The notes under the pieces: generated by a model
Database searches by the model: none
Seen by the model: only the letters and a program-made list of their open reading frames with translations
What the model was told of the DNA's origin: nothing
Part shown: in pieces, positions 1 through 12,579 of the stretch
Position numbering within the stretch: position 1 is the first letter of the stretch
Layout: every line of letters begins with the position of its first letter
Made by a program: the position numbers and the translations under genes
Origin: the human T2T-CHM13v2.0 reference genome, Homo sapiens
Reading direction: 5' to 3' (one strand)
Assembly: GCF_009914755.1 (NCBI RefSeq)
Contig: NC_060937.1
Length of the DNA stretch: 64,000 nucleotides

Positions 1-250
1 CTCCTGGGTCCGGACCGCGCTGCTCGCCTTGGATCTTCAGGCGCTGCTGTTCGTGCAGGCTGAACTTCTCCATGCAGTCATCGATGAGGCTTGAGGGGGC
101 CTTCTTGTGGGTCACGGTCACCTTTCCACAGTACAGGACTTCGAACTTCTGAGAGTTGTAAAAGGCGTCCTCATTATCTTTGCTGGGTTTGGCATCCTCT
201 TTCATGGCCGCTTTAGATAATTGCCTTATGCTGCTAATAACATCAGGAAC
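1..250 (-). CDS. TBC1D4: TBC1D4/AS160 internal coding exon (exon 2 by recall), 5' part; continues past the window start; PTB-domain region
   Basis: Reverse complement is open for 83 codons: [83 protein letters not shown], which I recognise as human AS160. GC/CpG-rich relative to the flank and preceded by a canonical phase-0 acceptor. Confidence 0.96.
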
Positions 251-272
251 CTGGGGGAAAAAATTAAAACCC
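251..272 (-). promoter_or_regulatory. TBC1D4: 3' splice acceptor and polypyrimidine tract of the TBC1D4 exon
   Basis: Minus strand reads a T/C tract then cag|GTTCCTGAT; the AG is at 252-251. Confidence 0.93.
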
Positions 273-654
273 TGATTCTAGTTGAAAGTTTTGAGACAAT
301 TTACATTTACCTAGCCCAATTATTACCACATGGAATGTATTTTCATCCTAAATAATATACAAAGTAATAGACACTACACGAGACAGAGCATACACTTACA
401 TTATTTGACATAAATGACTTCAAGATAAAATTAAAATGTAATGAAAATTGAAATTGAATAGCAGGATTATATTTTCCCACTTTAAATGAGTCTCCCAGAA
501 ACAAAACCATGAAACTATATAAGCCACTGCCAACCTATTATGTCATAATATGTCTTTTGATTGTGTTTAAAAGTTATTTGTGCCTCAGCTGAAAGGAACC
601 AAAGTTCCAACCATGAGGACAAAATAACCTTTTTTGATGAGGAGATTAAAACCT

Positions 655-1497
655 AGACATCCCTCATCAGCATTAACTATCAGAGAAAATGCAAATTAAA
701 ACCACAATAAGATACCACTATATACCTCTTAGAATGGCTAAGATAAAAAGAAGACTGCCAGCAAGGACATGGGAGCAACTGAACTCTCATACATTGTACA
801 CAGACATATAAAATGACATACCACTCTAGAGGATGGTTTGGCAGTTTCTTAGGAGTTAAATATAGACCTACTTCATTACCTAGGCATTCCACTCCTAAAA
901 ATTAAAAGACTGGAAAACATGTCCACACAAGAGCCTACAAACAAATATTCAAAGGCACTTTTGTCCCAATACCCTGTGAAAGGAAAATATCTTAGGCCCC
1001 CAAAATCACTAAGGAAAACTCAAGCTGAAAATTGCTTAGGGCAAACCTACCTCCTATCTATTCAAAGTCACCCCTCTGCTCACTGAGATAGATGCATATC
1101 TGATTGCCTCCTTTGGAAAGGTTAATCAGAAACTCAAAAGAATGTAACCATAGCACCTGTTTATGACCTAAAAACTCCCTCCCTGCTTTGAGTCTTCCTG
1201 CCTTTGCTTCAAATTGTCCCGCCTTTCCAGACGGATCCAAGGTACTTCTTACATATATTGACTGATGTCTCATGTCTGCCTGAAGTGTATAAAACCAAGC
1301 TGTGCCCTAACCACCCTGGGGACATGTCATCAGGACTTCCTGGGGCTATGTCACAGGTGCGCATCCTCAACCTTGGCAAAATACACTTTCTAAATTAACT
1401 GAGACCTGTCTCAGATTTTCTGGTTCACAACTCTAAAACTGAGAACAATCCAAACGTCCATCAGCAAGTGAAGAGATAAATAAAATGTGGTACATTC
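655..1497 (+). mobile_element. Old L1M 3' fragment, interrupted by a MER4 LTR at 975-1429
   Basis: 'atgcaaattaaaaccacaataagataccac...agaatggcta' before the LTR; 'acaatccaaacgtccatcagc...taaaatgtggtacattc' resumes after it. Confidence 0.8.
975..1429 (+). mobile_element. ERV1 solo LTR, MER4A/MER4A1-like
   Basis: TG...CA ends (tgtgaaaggaaaatatctt ... ttctggttcaca), MER4A-type body, approximate 4-bp TSD ACCC/ACTC. Confidence 0.85.
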
Positions 1498-1815
1498 TAT
1501 AAACCAAAAAGTATCTGAGACAGGTCTCAATCAGTTTAAAAGTTTATTTTGCCAAGGTTAAGGGCATGACCATGACACAGCCTCAGGAGGTTCTGAGAAC
1601 ATGTGCCCAAGGTGGTTGGGCTACAGCTTGGTTTTCTACATGTTAGGGAGACATGAGACATCAATCAGTATATGTAAGATGTACATTGGTTCGATCCACA
1701 AAGGTGGGAGAACTCAAAGGGGCAGGGTGGGGAGTGTGCATGGTTGGGGCGGTGCAGTTCCAGATCGTAGGTGGATTCAAAGATTTCCTGATTGGCAATT
1801 GGTTCCTAGAGTTTA
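1498..1815 (-). mobile_element. Second MER4-family LTR (3' part), inverted relative to the first
   Basis: tataaaccaaaaagtatctgagacaggtctcaatcagtttaaaagtttattttgccaagg is the reverse complement of a MER4 LTR 3' end. Confidence 0.8.
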
Positions 1816-4800
1816 TCTCCTACTAAATTCCCTTCTACTCAGCTCCAGCCACAATGGCCTCCTTGCTATTTCTCCAACATACAAGGCACATTCCTCCCAC
1901 AAGGTCTCTGAGTTCAGAGATGTTAACAGTTTATTGCCACATCCATTTAATATTTTCGGACCACAGATGACCACAGGTGACTGAAACTGTGGATAAGGAG
2001 GGGCTGTTGTAATTATTTGGGATATACTGCTAGAACATTCATAGTTTACAAATAACAAGAATTTCCGCTTGCTAGACCAAGTATTTCCTATGAAAGGATA
2101 AAATCCACATGCTATAGCTTCAGTGACTCACCCTGAACACTTGCCATGTCTCAGGGACAAAGTCAGGTATCTGTGCTAACATGTGACTAGCAACCTCAAC
2201 CCTTTGTCATTTTCTTACTGCCTTAGTATGTGATTTACCTTACCTGGCAAGGGCCAAAGCTATGGAGAGTGAGCTAGCTGACACTCAACCGTGCAAACCT
2301 GCAAAAAATAAAATGATTCTAGTGGGCAAAGCCCTAGGAGAATGATCTCTTCTTTCTCTCTACTTTTCATCTGATTACTAAATATTTTTAATCTGATTTT
2401 TAACCCAAAATCTTTTTGTCTGATTTCCACTAAATACTTTTCATCTAATTTTTAACCCAAGTATGCCTCCAAAAGTGTCTCTACAGAGTACGGAATCAGA
2501 AATATAGCCTGTAGCACTGATTTTACTGCAGATATTTTATCTTGTTACAAATATTTAAATGATTTACATACAACCTCAGAGTTCCATTCTACAATTGAGA
2601 TTGCACATAAAGTCAATTCAACCTTAATTGTGTCAAGTCTTTTGAATTTCTCTACCGCCATATCAAGAGTTTTTACATGAAAAACTGATTTGTGGCTGAA
2701 TTTCTGTAGTCTCCCAGGATCCTTCCCTGTGACTACAGGTAAAAACTCAACACCTAAATGTAATTCTGTAAGTGATCCAATTTATATAAGCAAAGTTTAT
2801 CATCTTGAATTCTAAACTGAGTACATAATTTAATCTTTAATAATTTAAGATGCTAATATTACAACACAAAACTGGTTCTAGTTACCTTTACTACCTTTTC
2901 TCAGGTTATGACTAACCACAACTTGAATGACATGGGTTGCAGAGACTCTGCAAAACTAATCTAACAACAGCTCTGTTTTTTTTTTTTTTGCTTATCCTCA
3001 TGTGAAACACAGAGTATAAACACTAGCATTATACAGCCCCTGACTACTCACTTAGGCCACACCAGAAGGGGCACACTGCTCATATAAGCACAGTAAAATA
3101 TCCATAGCGGGGAAATGAGTGATCAGAGAATCATGAAAATCTTGTATTGAAGCATTTACTTAAGGGATTCATCAGAAACAATGCAAGAGAAATAAAATTT
3201 CTATCAAGTACTTGTACATACATACAATATTTTGGAATCATAGGATTCTCCTGTAGCATAGTGTTAACTGACATATATTTATACATACATTTACAAATAT
3301 TGTTGAACGAATTTGAATCCTTCTTATATGTGTTGTATCTTTTCAATATCTCTTTCTCCTGTACCATCGTACCATAAGCTCTTAAGTGAAAGACTGAGTT
3401 GGGGGGATTTTGTTGCTTACTAGAATTCCTCCCTGTGGCCACTAGGAAAATGGTCTGGGCTCAGAAGAACTTGAATGAATGCTGACAGCAAACAGAGTCA
3501 TATATATAGGAGTGAAAAACTACCTAGAACTCTGATATAAATTCTTCAGGACTGAGACAGTTTAGTAAATTCCCGTTGGTGACTCAAGAGATCTGTCACA
3601 CCCAAAAATAGAAAGCAGTGGCTTCTCACTCTGCTCACCATTCACCCAAACTAGGAAGTGACGGTATGTTTCCAGAATGACTCTAAATGTTATAGAGCAC
3701 CTCAAGCTACACACCCTAGCTACATATTGTAGCTACAAATAATTCCGCTGCTCAGAATCTGCCTACAACCCACAGAGCCTAATGACGATTTACACACACC
3801 AATTTAAGGCAAGATTTCTACTCAGTGGCAGCATTTAATCTATTAACACAAAACAATGATACTGAAAGAGGCTCAACCAAACTAGGGACTGACAGGTTTA
3901 TATTCTATCCCCAATATTTTGCTCAAGACCTCTGGGAATAGTTGTTGCACCTCTGCCAGATAACTTCCTCAAGAGCAAAGTGAATGGGGGAACTTGATAG
4001 ATGGTTGATAAGGTCTCATCGAGATCCACATTCTGTGAGTTAATTTTTGGATTAATGCCAATATAAAGGCAGGATAATGTACAATCAAGAGAGGGAAAAA
4101 ATCACCTTTATGATTAAACCTGAAGTAGTGTGCAAGTTGTTAAAATGATCCATTTCCATTAACACACAGGAATCAATTCAACAGAAATAAGGGTCTCATT
4201 ATATTTAGAAAAAGCACAGTGCCACCTTTAGCTAGTATTTTGTTGTTACACCTTCAGTGACCTCACTAAAACAATTTAGAATCAAGTACCAAGACTCAGA
4301 CATTAAAGCAATTCCTCACTCTAGACAAAAAAAAAAAATATTGCTTCTAGATTCCTTGATGTCATGCTGTTCTTTCTCATTAATTGGTTATCATAGTTAC
4401 TTAACATACTTCAAAAAACCCATTAACATTTTATAAACTACATTTTACCTGATTTCAAAATAAAACAAATTCTACAACTACCAAACACTGATGTTCAAAG
4501 ACCTGAACAAACACAGGAGAAAATCTGGAGGTGAAAAAGCACTAAGGAAAGATACCTTTGATCAGGAAGCCAGCTGGAAACTGGAGGTGGTCACGAAGAG
4601 CAATGATTTTGCCAAACTGGTGTAGTCCTCAGTATTAGCTCTAAGTTCTCTCTTTCTAAATAAGCTGGCGGTATTTTCATTGTATTTATTAAAGTCCACG
4701 TTATCACTATGCAGCCAATTATAAAACTTCCCAGGAGTAACCGTTATTGCTTCAAAAGTTAAGTATTTCCTGACTCTGCAATCAGGAAATACACAGATTG

Positions 4801-6397
4801 TTTGGGACTAAAGAGCAAAGCTTTAGCTTTCTTTAAAAAGAAACATTTTAATTTTGAAGACTGTAGTCTTTATTATACTGTTTAAATAATCACAAGTGTC
4901 CCATGCTTACTAATTATGGATATAAGAGAAGATTAATCTACAGTACAATGTCTTTTTTATTCACACGGTTCACTGATAACAGATGAACTTCAATAAATGT
5001 TTAAAAATAGATATGACGGATATCAGCGTGAGAATAAGCTTCCTAAAACATATTTAAACAAAAAAGAACTGTATCAATTATTTTACAATTGATATAAGCT
5101 TCACTGCTTGATATTATTAATCTTTTATAATAACTATAGTAGGCAGAGCAAGATTTAGAGAAGTGTAAAAAAAAAAAAAGTTGAGGAAAAACATTAGGGA
5201 ACAAGTAAACTGAAAAACTGCCTAATGAGAAAGAATAGCAATTTAAACTAGTCTCACTCAAACAGAGACAGTATGGAAAAGAAATATATTTGGTTTGGAA
5301 GTAATGCGTGGCTTTAGGGGAAGGGTAGATTTCCTTTATAATTAATTCTGCTTGTTTAAGAAACCATTAAGATTAGTTTACAGACTATCCAGGCAACACG
5401 GGATGATGTTGAAAGCGTAATGGTATGAAGTAAAATGCAGCATTTTGAGAAACGATTGATTTGGTCATTTAATGTTATAATTTTTAATTGAGCTTTTTAA
5501 AACTTCATCTTCATATAATGGAAAATGCTGGGAAGATATAGAGATGCCAAGTATCAGTTCATTTGTATTCAAGGAAACACTAATCATTCCTAGCCATTTT
5601 TCCAGCTCCAGTAGCCTTAGAAGCACACCGAGTTCGTGCTATGGTTTTTAGGGTGAAGCTGTTTGACAATCTCATTTTAACTTTTATCCTAAAATACTTC
5701 AGAGATTCTTTGTATTTAGTTAAAAATCTAAATTATTCTTTAAAGCAAATTTTCCAAAGTAAAATAGAAGTCTAAAACTGAGTCTAGATTCAAAATAGAA
5801 TAGAGTAATACACTGATTTGAAAATGATAGAACTGTAAAACTGTAAAACTAAGGGTCTCCTTAAGGAATCACCGGTCCCCACTGTCTTATTTTACAGATG
5901 TGGCAATAAACTGTTAACATCAAAAGTCAAACCACTGAAGAGGAAAAGAATGAGATTACAAGAGACTACACTATTGGGGCCAAAGAAAGCAAGAGTATCT
6001 CTGTGACTTAAACCAGAGTCATACAAGTAGCTTTGTTTTTGATCCTCGGGCTATGAGCCAAGACAGTTTCCTCTCAGACCAGGCTTTAGTTCTTAGATAT
6101 TCTTGGCAACTTTGCTCCAAACCCATTTATGGTTCAGCTCTTTTCTAACTGCTGCCTTTTTGACGGCCTCTAAGTTAGGCCAAATTGTCAGAGAAACATT
6201 TCTTAAACCATTCTACTAAGTTCTCTCCTCTCACGCTGTCTCACTGCTTCTCCAGTTGAATTCCTTCTGTAAAAGGTACGACTTGTGCCTTCTTATCCTA
6301 TGACTGTTACAAATGTGTAAAAGTGATCAGATAGAAAATATAAAAGAGTAACTCACAGGAAAAAATCTGGGGAATCATGATTTGATAAAGAGAATGA

Positions 6398-6789
<392 letters not shown>

Positions 6790-6851
6790 TCATATGACAA
6801 AGGAGCAGGCAAGAACCGTCACTTTCCAATTCCCTTTCAAAACCAAAGTCA

Positions 6852-7136
6852 GGTGGGGTGTGTTGGCTCACACCTATAATCCCAGTACTTTGTGGAGGCC
6901 AAGGCAGGAGAACTGCTTGAAACCAGGAGTTCAAGACCAGCCTGGGAAACATAGGGAGACTCCGTCTCTACAAAAAATTTAAACCAGGAAGGAGTTGTGG
7001 CACATGCCTGTAGCCCCAGCTAGTTAGGAAGTTGAGGTGGGAGGATCACTTGAGCCTGGGAGGTCGAGGCTGCAGTGAACAGTGATCACATCATGCCACT
7101 GCATTATATAGCCTGGGTGACAGAGTGAGACCCTGT

Positions 7137-7170
<34 letters not shown>
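6852..7170 (+). mobile_element. AluJ with (CA)n tail at 7139-7170
   Basis: J-type 'ggaggatcacttgagcctgggaggtcgaggctgcagtga'; the tail is replaced by a CA repeat. Confidence 0.92.
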
Positions 7171-7173
<3 letters not shown>

Positions 7174-7269
7174 AAAATTATTATTTTTAAAAGGAAGCAG
7201 TCCATAGCTTCACATATTAGAAAGGTACACATCATGCTGTTAAAGGGTTTCTACTTAAAGCCTGGGTCC

Positions 7270-7435
7270 AGTATCTATGTTTATCTATAGAAAAGATATG
7301 ATACCCCCTAGGTCTCAGGTTTTTCATATGCAAAATGGAAATCACAATGTTTATCTGAAAGGCAACCTAAGAAAAATGAATTAGATGTGAAAATATGCCT
7401 GACACAGTGCTGCGACAATGAAAGCATTTAATAAC
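7270..7435 (+). mobile_element. MIR fragment
   Basis: 'ctcaggtttttcatatgcaaaatgg...gcctgacacagtgct' core. Confidence 0.55.
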
Positions 7436-7679
7436 ATTTAAACCAAAATATAATTCCAATGTGTGCTACATAAGAAGATGAAATAAGTGAGAAGCTATGG
7501 CTAAATCAAATTGCCTGCCTTCATGAAATTTAAATTGGGGTGGCGAGATAGGGAAGAAAAAATTAACAAGAGAAGTAAAATATAAGGGATTTTAGTGAAC
7601 ATTTCCAAGGAGAAAAATAATGCAGGGAAGGCAGAAATTTGGAAAGACATAAAATTTTGAGGAAAACCATTGCAATTTT

Positions 7680-9200
7680 AGGGAAAGGACTCTCTATAAG
7701 ATGATATATGAGTAGACATCTGAAGTCAGCAAGGTCATGAGCAATATAAATATCAGAGGGAGGAATGTTCTGGGCAGACAGAACATCAAGTACTAAGGCC
7801 CTGAAGCACAAATTTTCCTGGTATGTTCAGGGAACTGTGAGGAACCAGCATGGCTGGATGGGAGTGAGTGAGCACGCGATTATGGGGGAGGCAGTTGTGG
7901 GAGACGTGGGAGATCTAAATCCTGCAGGGGCTTGAAAGGATTTTGGCTTCTACTCTTGGTGAGATAGAAAGCCCCTGGTACAGTGCAGTGCTCAGTGTGG
8001 AAATGACATGATCTAAGTTGCTTTCAAAAGAACCCTTTGGCTACTGTGTGGAATATGGACAAGGGTAATGGGCAGGTGTCTACTGCACTCATCCAGGGTG
8101 AGCCATTGGTAGCTCACACAGAAGTGACAGCAAGGGAGGTGGTTAGGCAGCTGCCAGCTTCTGGATATAATTTTAAAGGTACAGACATGATGATATGTTG
8201 ATGAATCCAATGTGAGGTCCAGGAGAAGGAGAGCAGGCAAGGATGACATCACGGTTTAGGGCCACAGGAATTAGAAAAAATGGAGCAACAATAGGACAGA
8301 CTGCAGGTGGGTGATGGCTTAAGAGATCAGGAGCCGCGTTTTGGACACATTAATTTTGAGAAGCTTATAGACATTCAAGAGGAGATGTCAGTAGGCAGTT
8401 GATTATATGAGTCTGGAGCTCCAGGGACAGATCAGGGCTGAGACAGAAAATTGGAAGTTATTAGCATCTAGATGGTATTTAAAGCCATGAGATTAGATGA
8501 GTTCATCAAGAGTATAGAAGAGAGAGAGAGAAAGACAGAGACAGAGACATAGACAGCTAGGCAGAAACACAGAGGGGGTTATCTCCAGGATCTAGCCCTG
8601 AAGCCACAGTGCTTACAGTTTGAAAGAGGGAGAAATATGAATGAAAGAAAATACAGCAAGAGCCAGGTGTAAAACCAGGAGAGAATGGCATCCTGAAGTC
8701 AAGTAAGAAAGGTTTCCAAAAGAAAAGAGTAATCAACACGAGATCACAGGTGACTTTGACAAGAAAAAATGGTGGGAGCTAAGGACAAAAGCCTTAATGG
8801 AGTAGGTTCAAAAGAAATTTCAAGAACGAAATTCAAAGCAATAGGAACAGACAACCTATAAGGGCAGCAGTAGGAGAAACAAGTGAGTCAAGACAGGGTT
8901 CTCTCTTGGAAGAAATGACAGCTTCCAATAGAGAATACATAATGGTGAAGGGGAAATCAATGATTTCAAGAAACAGGGCAGAATTGCTGGAGCAATCTCC
9001 TTAAGTAGGCAAGAGGGGACAGAATCTAGGCCCAAGGAAGAGGTTGAACTGAACTGGCAGTTTGAAAGGGAAAGGCAGAATAGAAAGGCACAGGTGCAGG
9101 CAGATGGGTGATGGGAGTTTATAGCATTTCTCCTCTGCTTTAATTTTCTCTGTAAAATAGCAAGCTTGCTCATTAGCTAAGATGAGGATGGGGAAGAAGA
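7680..9200 (-). mobile_element. L2 LINE, long diverged fragment
   Basis: Purine-rich L2 antisense motifs: 'ttttggacacattaattttgaga', 'ggagatgtcagtaggcagttgattatatgagtctggagctc', 'gatggtatttaaagccatgaga'. Confidence 0.8.
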
Positions 9201-9918
9201 TCTAACAGAATATTAAGCATCAACATAAAATTTAATTCTGGGCTGTTTGTGGGCTAAGTTGTGAGGTGAAGACATCTTTAGGATCCTCAAGCTTCCTGTG
9301 TTCTCTGGATTGCTAAATGTGACCCCTACATGGCATCAAGTATTTTAGGTAAAACTCAGGAATCAGCCACTAATTAGAAGAGCGGTTTGCCCCTGTAAAA
9401 TGAACCCATGTAGGTAAAACTGTTTTCTCTGCCATTAGGAGAAACTGGGAGCTCTCCTATAAAAGTAATATTTATATAAGGAATAAAGTTTGAAAAAAGT
9501 TTGCATGTAGTTATGCAAAAATACTCTATTGTGTACCTTCTCAAAATAAGAATAACATACTTTGATTTTAAAATATTTGTGTCACTTATGAAAAATAACC
9601 TTATGTTTCTTTCCTTAGATATGGATATTTCTATGGGCATGATTTCTAAAATGGCGAAATTAGAAACAAAGTTATCAAAACAAGAAAGTAAAGCATCTCA
9701 TAAACATGTAATCAAGAAAGTTAATGTTCCATTTTCTATATGGAACATTTCTATATGGAAAAATAAAGAACGTTCTTTATTTTCGAGATCCATGTTTTCA
9801 AATACAGCACATCCCTCTACCCAACTGCAAAGCATTTTCAATGTGAGATCAGCCTACTATCTATTTATTCAACCAGATGCTCTTTATTTATAAAATTAGT
9901 CCTATTATTTAAGGCTCA

Positions 9919-10215
9919 CTTTTTTTTTTTTTGAGACCAAGTCTCTCTCTGTCACCCAGGCTCAAGTGCAGTGGCACGATCTCAGCTCACTGCAGGCCTC
10001 CACCTAACAGGTTCAAGTGATTCTCCTGCCTCAGCCTCCTGAGTAGCTGGAATTACAGGCGCCCACCAGGATGCCCGGCTAATTTTTGTATTTTTAGTAG
10101 AAACAGAGTTTCATCATGTTGGCCAGGCTGGTCTCAAACTCCTGACCTCAAGTGATCTGCCTGCCTCAGCCTCCCAAAGTGCTGGGATTATAGGCGTGAG
10201 CCTCCAAGCCTGGCC
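9919..10215 (-). mobile_element. AluS
   Basis: Poly-T followed by an antisense Alu; TSD taaggctca on both sides. Confidence 0.95.
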
Positions 10216-12579
10216 CTAAGGCTCATTTTTTGAAAAACATAGTTCAACACCACTTGTACTTGCTCCAAGAAACACTAGAGGGAGCTTTCCCACATAGACT
10301 AGTTTAAACCAAAAAAAAATTTTTTTAAAGGTTCTCACAATACTGAGAAAAAAATGCTCCCACTGTTTATAAAATATTATTACTACTGCTCTCATCTTAG
10401 GCCCATAAAAAGTAAATTAACTAGAATTTTAGCTGATTAGACAAGTTTGGCAATAAAATTAATAAGTTAATAAAATAAAGTTAGACTGAAAAAATTTGAA
10501 TACAGCAAAATCAGGACTTGATGACATTTAATTTGCTAGAGAGTTTAAAGCAGGACACAATAAACATAATAGGAAACATACGTCTTGGTCCTTCATCATG
10601 AAATAGGAAGTATAAAGTAATCTAAACAAAATCCTAAAACTGAATATTTAATAGGTAGTTTTAACTTATGAAATGTCTGAATTCATGAGAAGAGAAGGTT
10701 TTAAGCAAGGCTTAATTGTGCAATGAAGTGGGCCTTGGAAAAGGAGGCAAAGGAGCGACGGCTCAGCCCAGAGGGATCTGGACATGACAAACTCTAGCTG
10801 AGATCAGTAGATAAAGCTGTAATATTATCAGGAAACAAAAAACGCCACACATTTCTCAGAAACCTATTTTTGTCCTGTCCTTCCACATTACTTCAGATAT
10901 TTATACCATCATAACAGATTATTCACCTTGCAGATGAAAATAATATGACATTCTTGAGCTTTTATTCAAAGACTTCAGGTCCTTATAAACATTATCATTA
11001 ACTGCTAAAGGGGCGTATACCTCCCTTCTTCAAAGAAGAAAAATCCTAACCGCAGGCCATCCGGGGATAAAAATGAAAACACACATTCACCTCTCTCCAA
11101 AATTAGGCTAGAAGGAAAGGCAATAGCAAGCAACCGGATGCTAATCTCTGACCCGGACTTGCACTTTTTGTGGGTGAAGGAAAGGCACTAGTCTCCCCAC
11201 ATAGTAACCATTCATATTGGAGCTCTAAATGCACAACCTCCAACCCTCACAGTAGAGGTCAACTCCTCCAAACAATGCGGGTCCTCATGGAGCGTGCCTG
11301 CTGTGGCTGCTCCTGGGGAATGAAAAATTAATCCTATGACATCTTGCAGCAAGACTGCCTTTCTGGCCCTCGTTCCTTCTTCCTGTCTGGGACTCTAGTG
11401 AACATCATCTACGAAAGGTTCTGATCAGAAAAGGCATTTTCAGAGCTGACACTGGCTGTTGAAAGGTATGCTTCTTTGTTCATTAAATATCAAACGCTCC
11501 CTTCCCTCCCCTTCTCTTGCATGGGCTGGCAAAACGATACCAAGAGAAAGTGTATGATGGTTTACGTGACCCAAACAACAAAACTTTCTTTTCATCTTTG
11601 ATTGCAGAAAAGAATAAAAAGCTTGAGACTTTCAGCATCCTGGAGAAAGAATATGCTTCATCTACGCACCTCACACATATCTGACTTGAAATCAGATTAA
11701 TAAATATAATACTTCCACAAGCAATACACCTCTATTTTTGAAGTCTCTGAAACATCACCATATTGCTTGAAAGCCACCTGGAAGCAGGAGCTGTGTCATG
11801 ACTAGCTTTTGCCCAGCCCACGCCAGGCCCTGCCCACTCTGAATGCATGCCCTGTGGACGGAGATGTCCTCTCTCCCTCCACAGAACTCAATCCGATGAC
11901 ACCATGACCTTTCAATTAATTTACCGCCCATCACTTGTTAATATTTCAAGTACATTCTGGAAACTCAGTATCCCAAAGCCCTTTCAAAAGAATTTTTACT
12001 TCTCAAATTTTATGTATGTCAAACATACATAAAATTTTAACTCCTTAAATGTCAAATTTTAACTCCTTAGAGAAGCGCTCACCTTAGAATTTCAAGTAGA
12101 ATTTGTGACACTAAAGTATTTTTCAGGGCATAATAGCCTTAATTCTTTAACATCCAAAACACCTCCTTAGGTCTACATTAAAAAGATTAATGATTACAGC
12201 AGTGCTTCCATTATAATCAATGAGACTGAAGATCAAAGAAAATAAGGAAATCTGTTCAGTGGTTCCTAACAGTTAGCCTGTATAATGTGATAATGGGGCC
12301 TGAAATAATTTTCATCAAAACTCCCAAACAAAGGATTTATCTGAGCTGCAGTCTTGCCAAATTTCACAACTTCAAAGTCAGAAACCAAATTCAAAGCAAA
12401 CTCGCAGCCCTCATTTTTTTTTCACACATGGACTGCTTTCAAGAAAGAATAAGATGAGCCCAATTGTAAATCATCTATAAATGACGTATCAGCTATAATA
12501 GACACTGTTTTGTCAAAACAGCACCCACTTCATTTAGAACAAATGGTTTCAGTGGATGCTGCCAATCCTTGCACCCTCC

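Noticed and set aside
1601-1984. 127-aa ORF
   Set aside because: Runs antisense through a MER4 LTR and adjacent repeat fragments.
9501-9893. 130-aa ORF in AT-rich unique sequence
   Set aside because: Non-ATG start, no recognisable domain or codon bias, no splice context.
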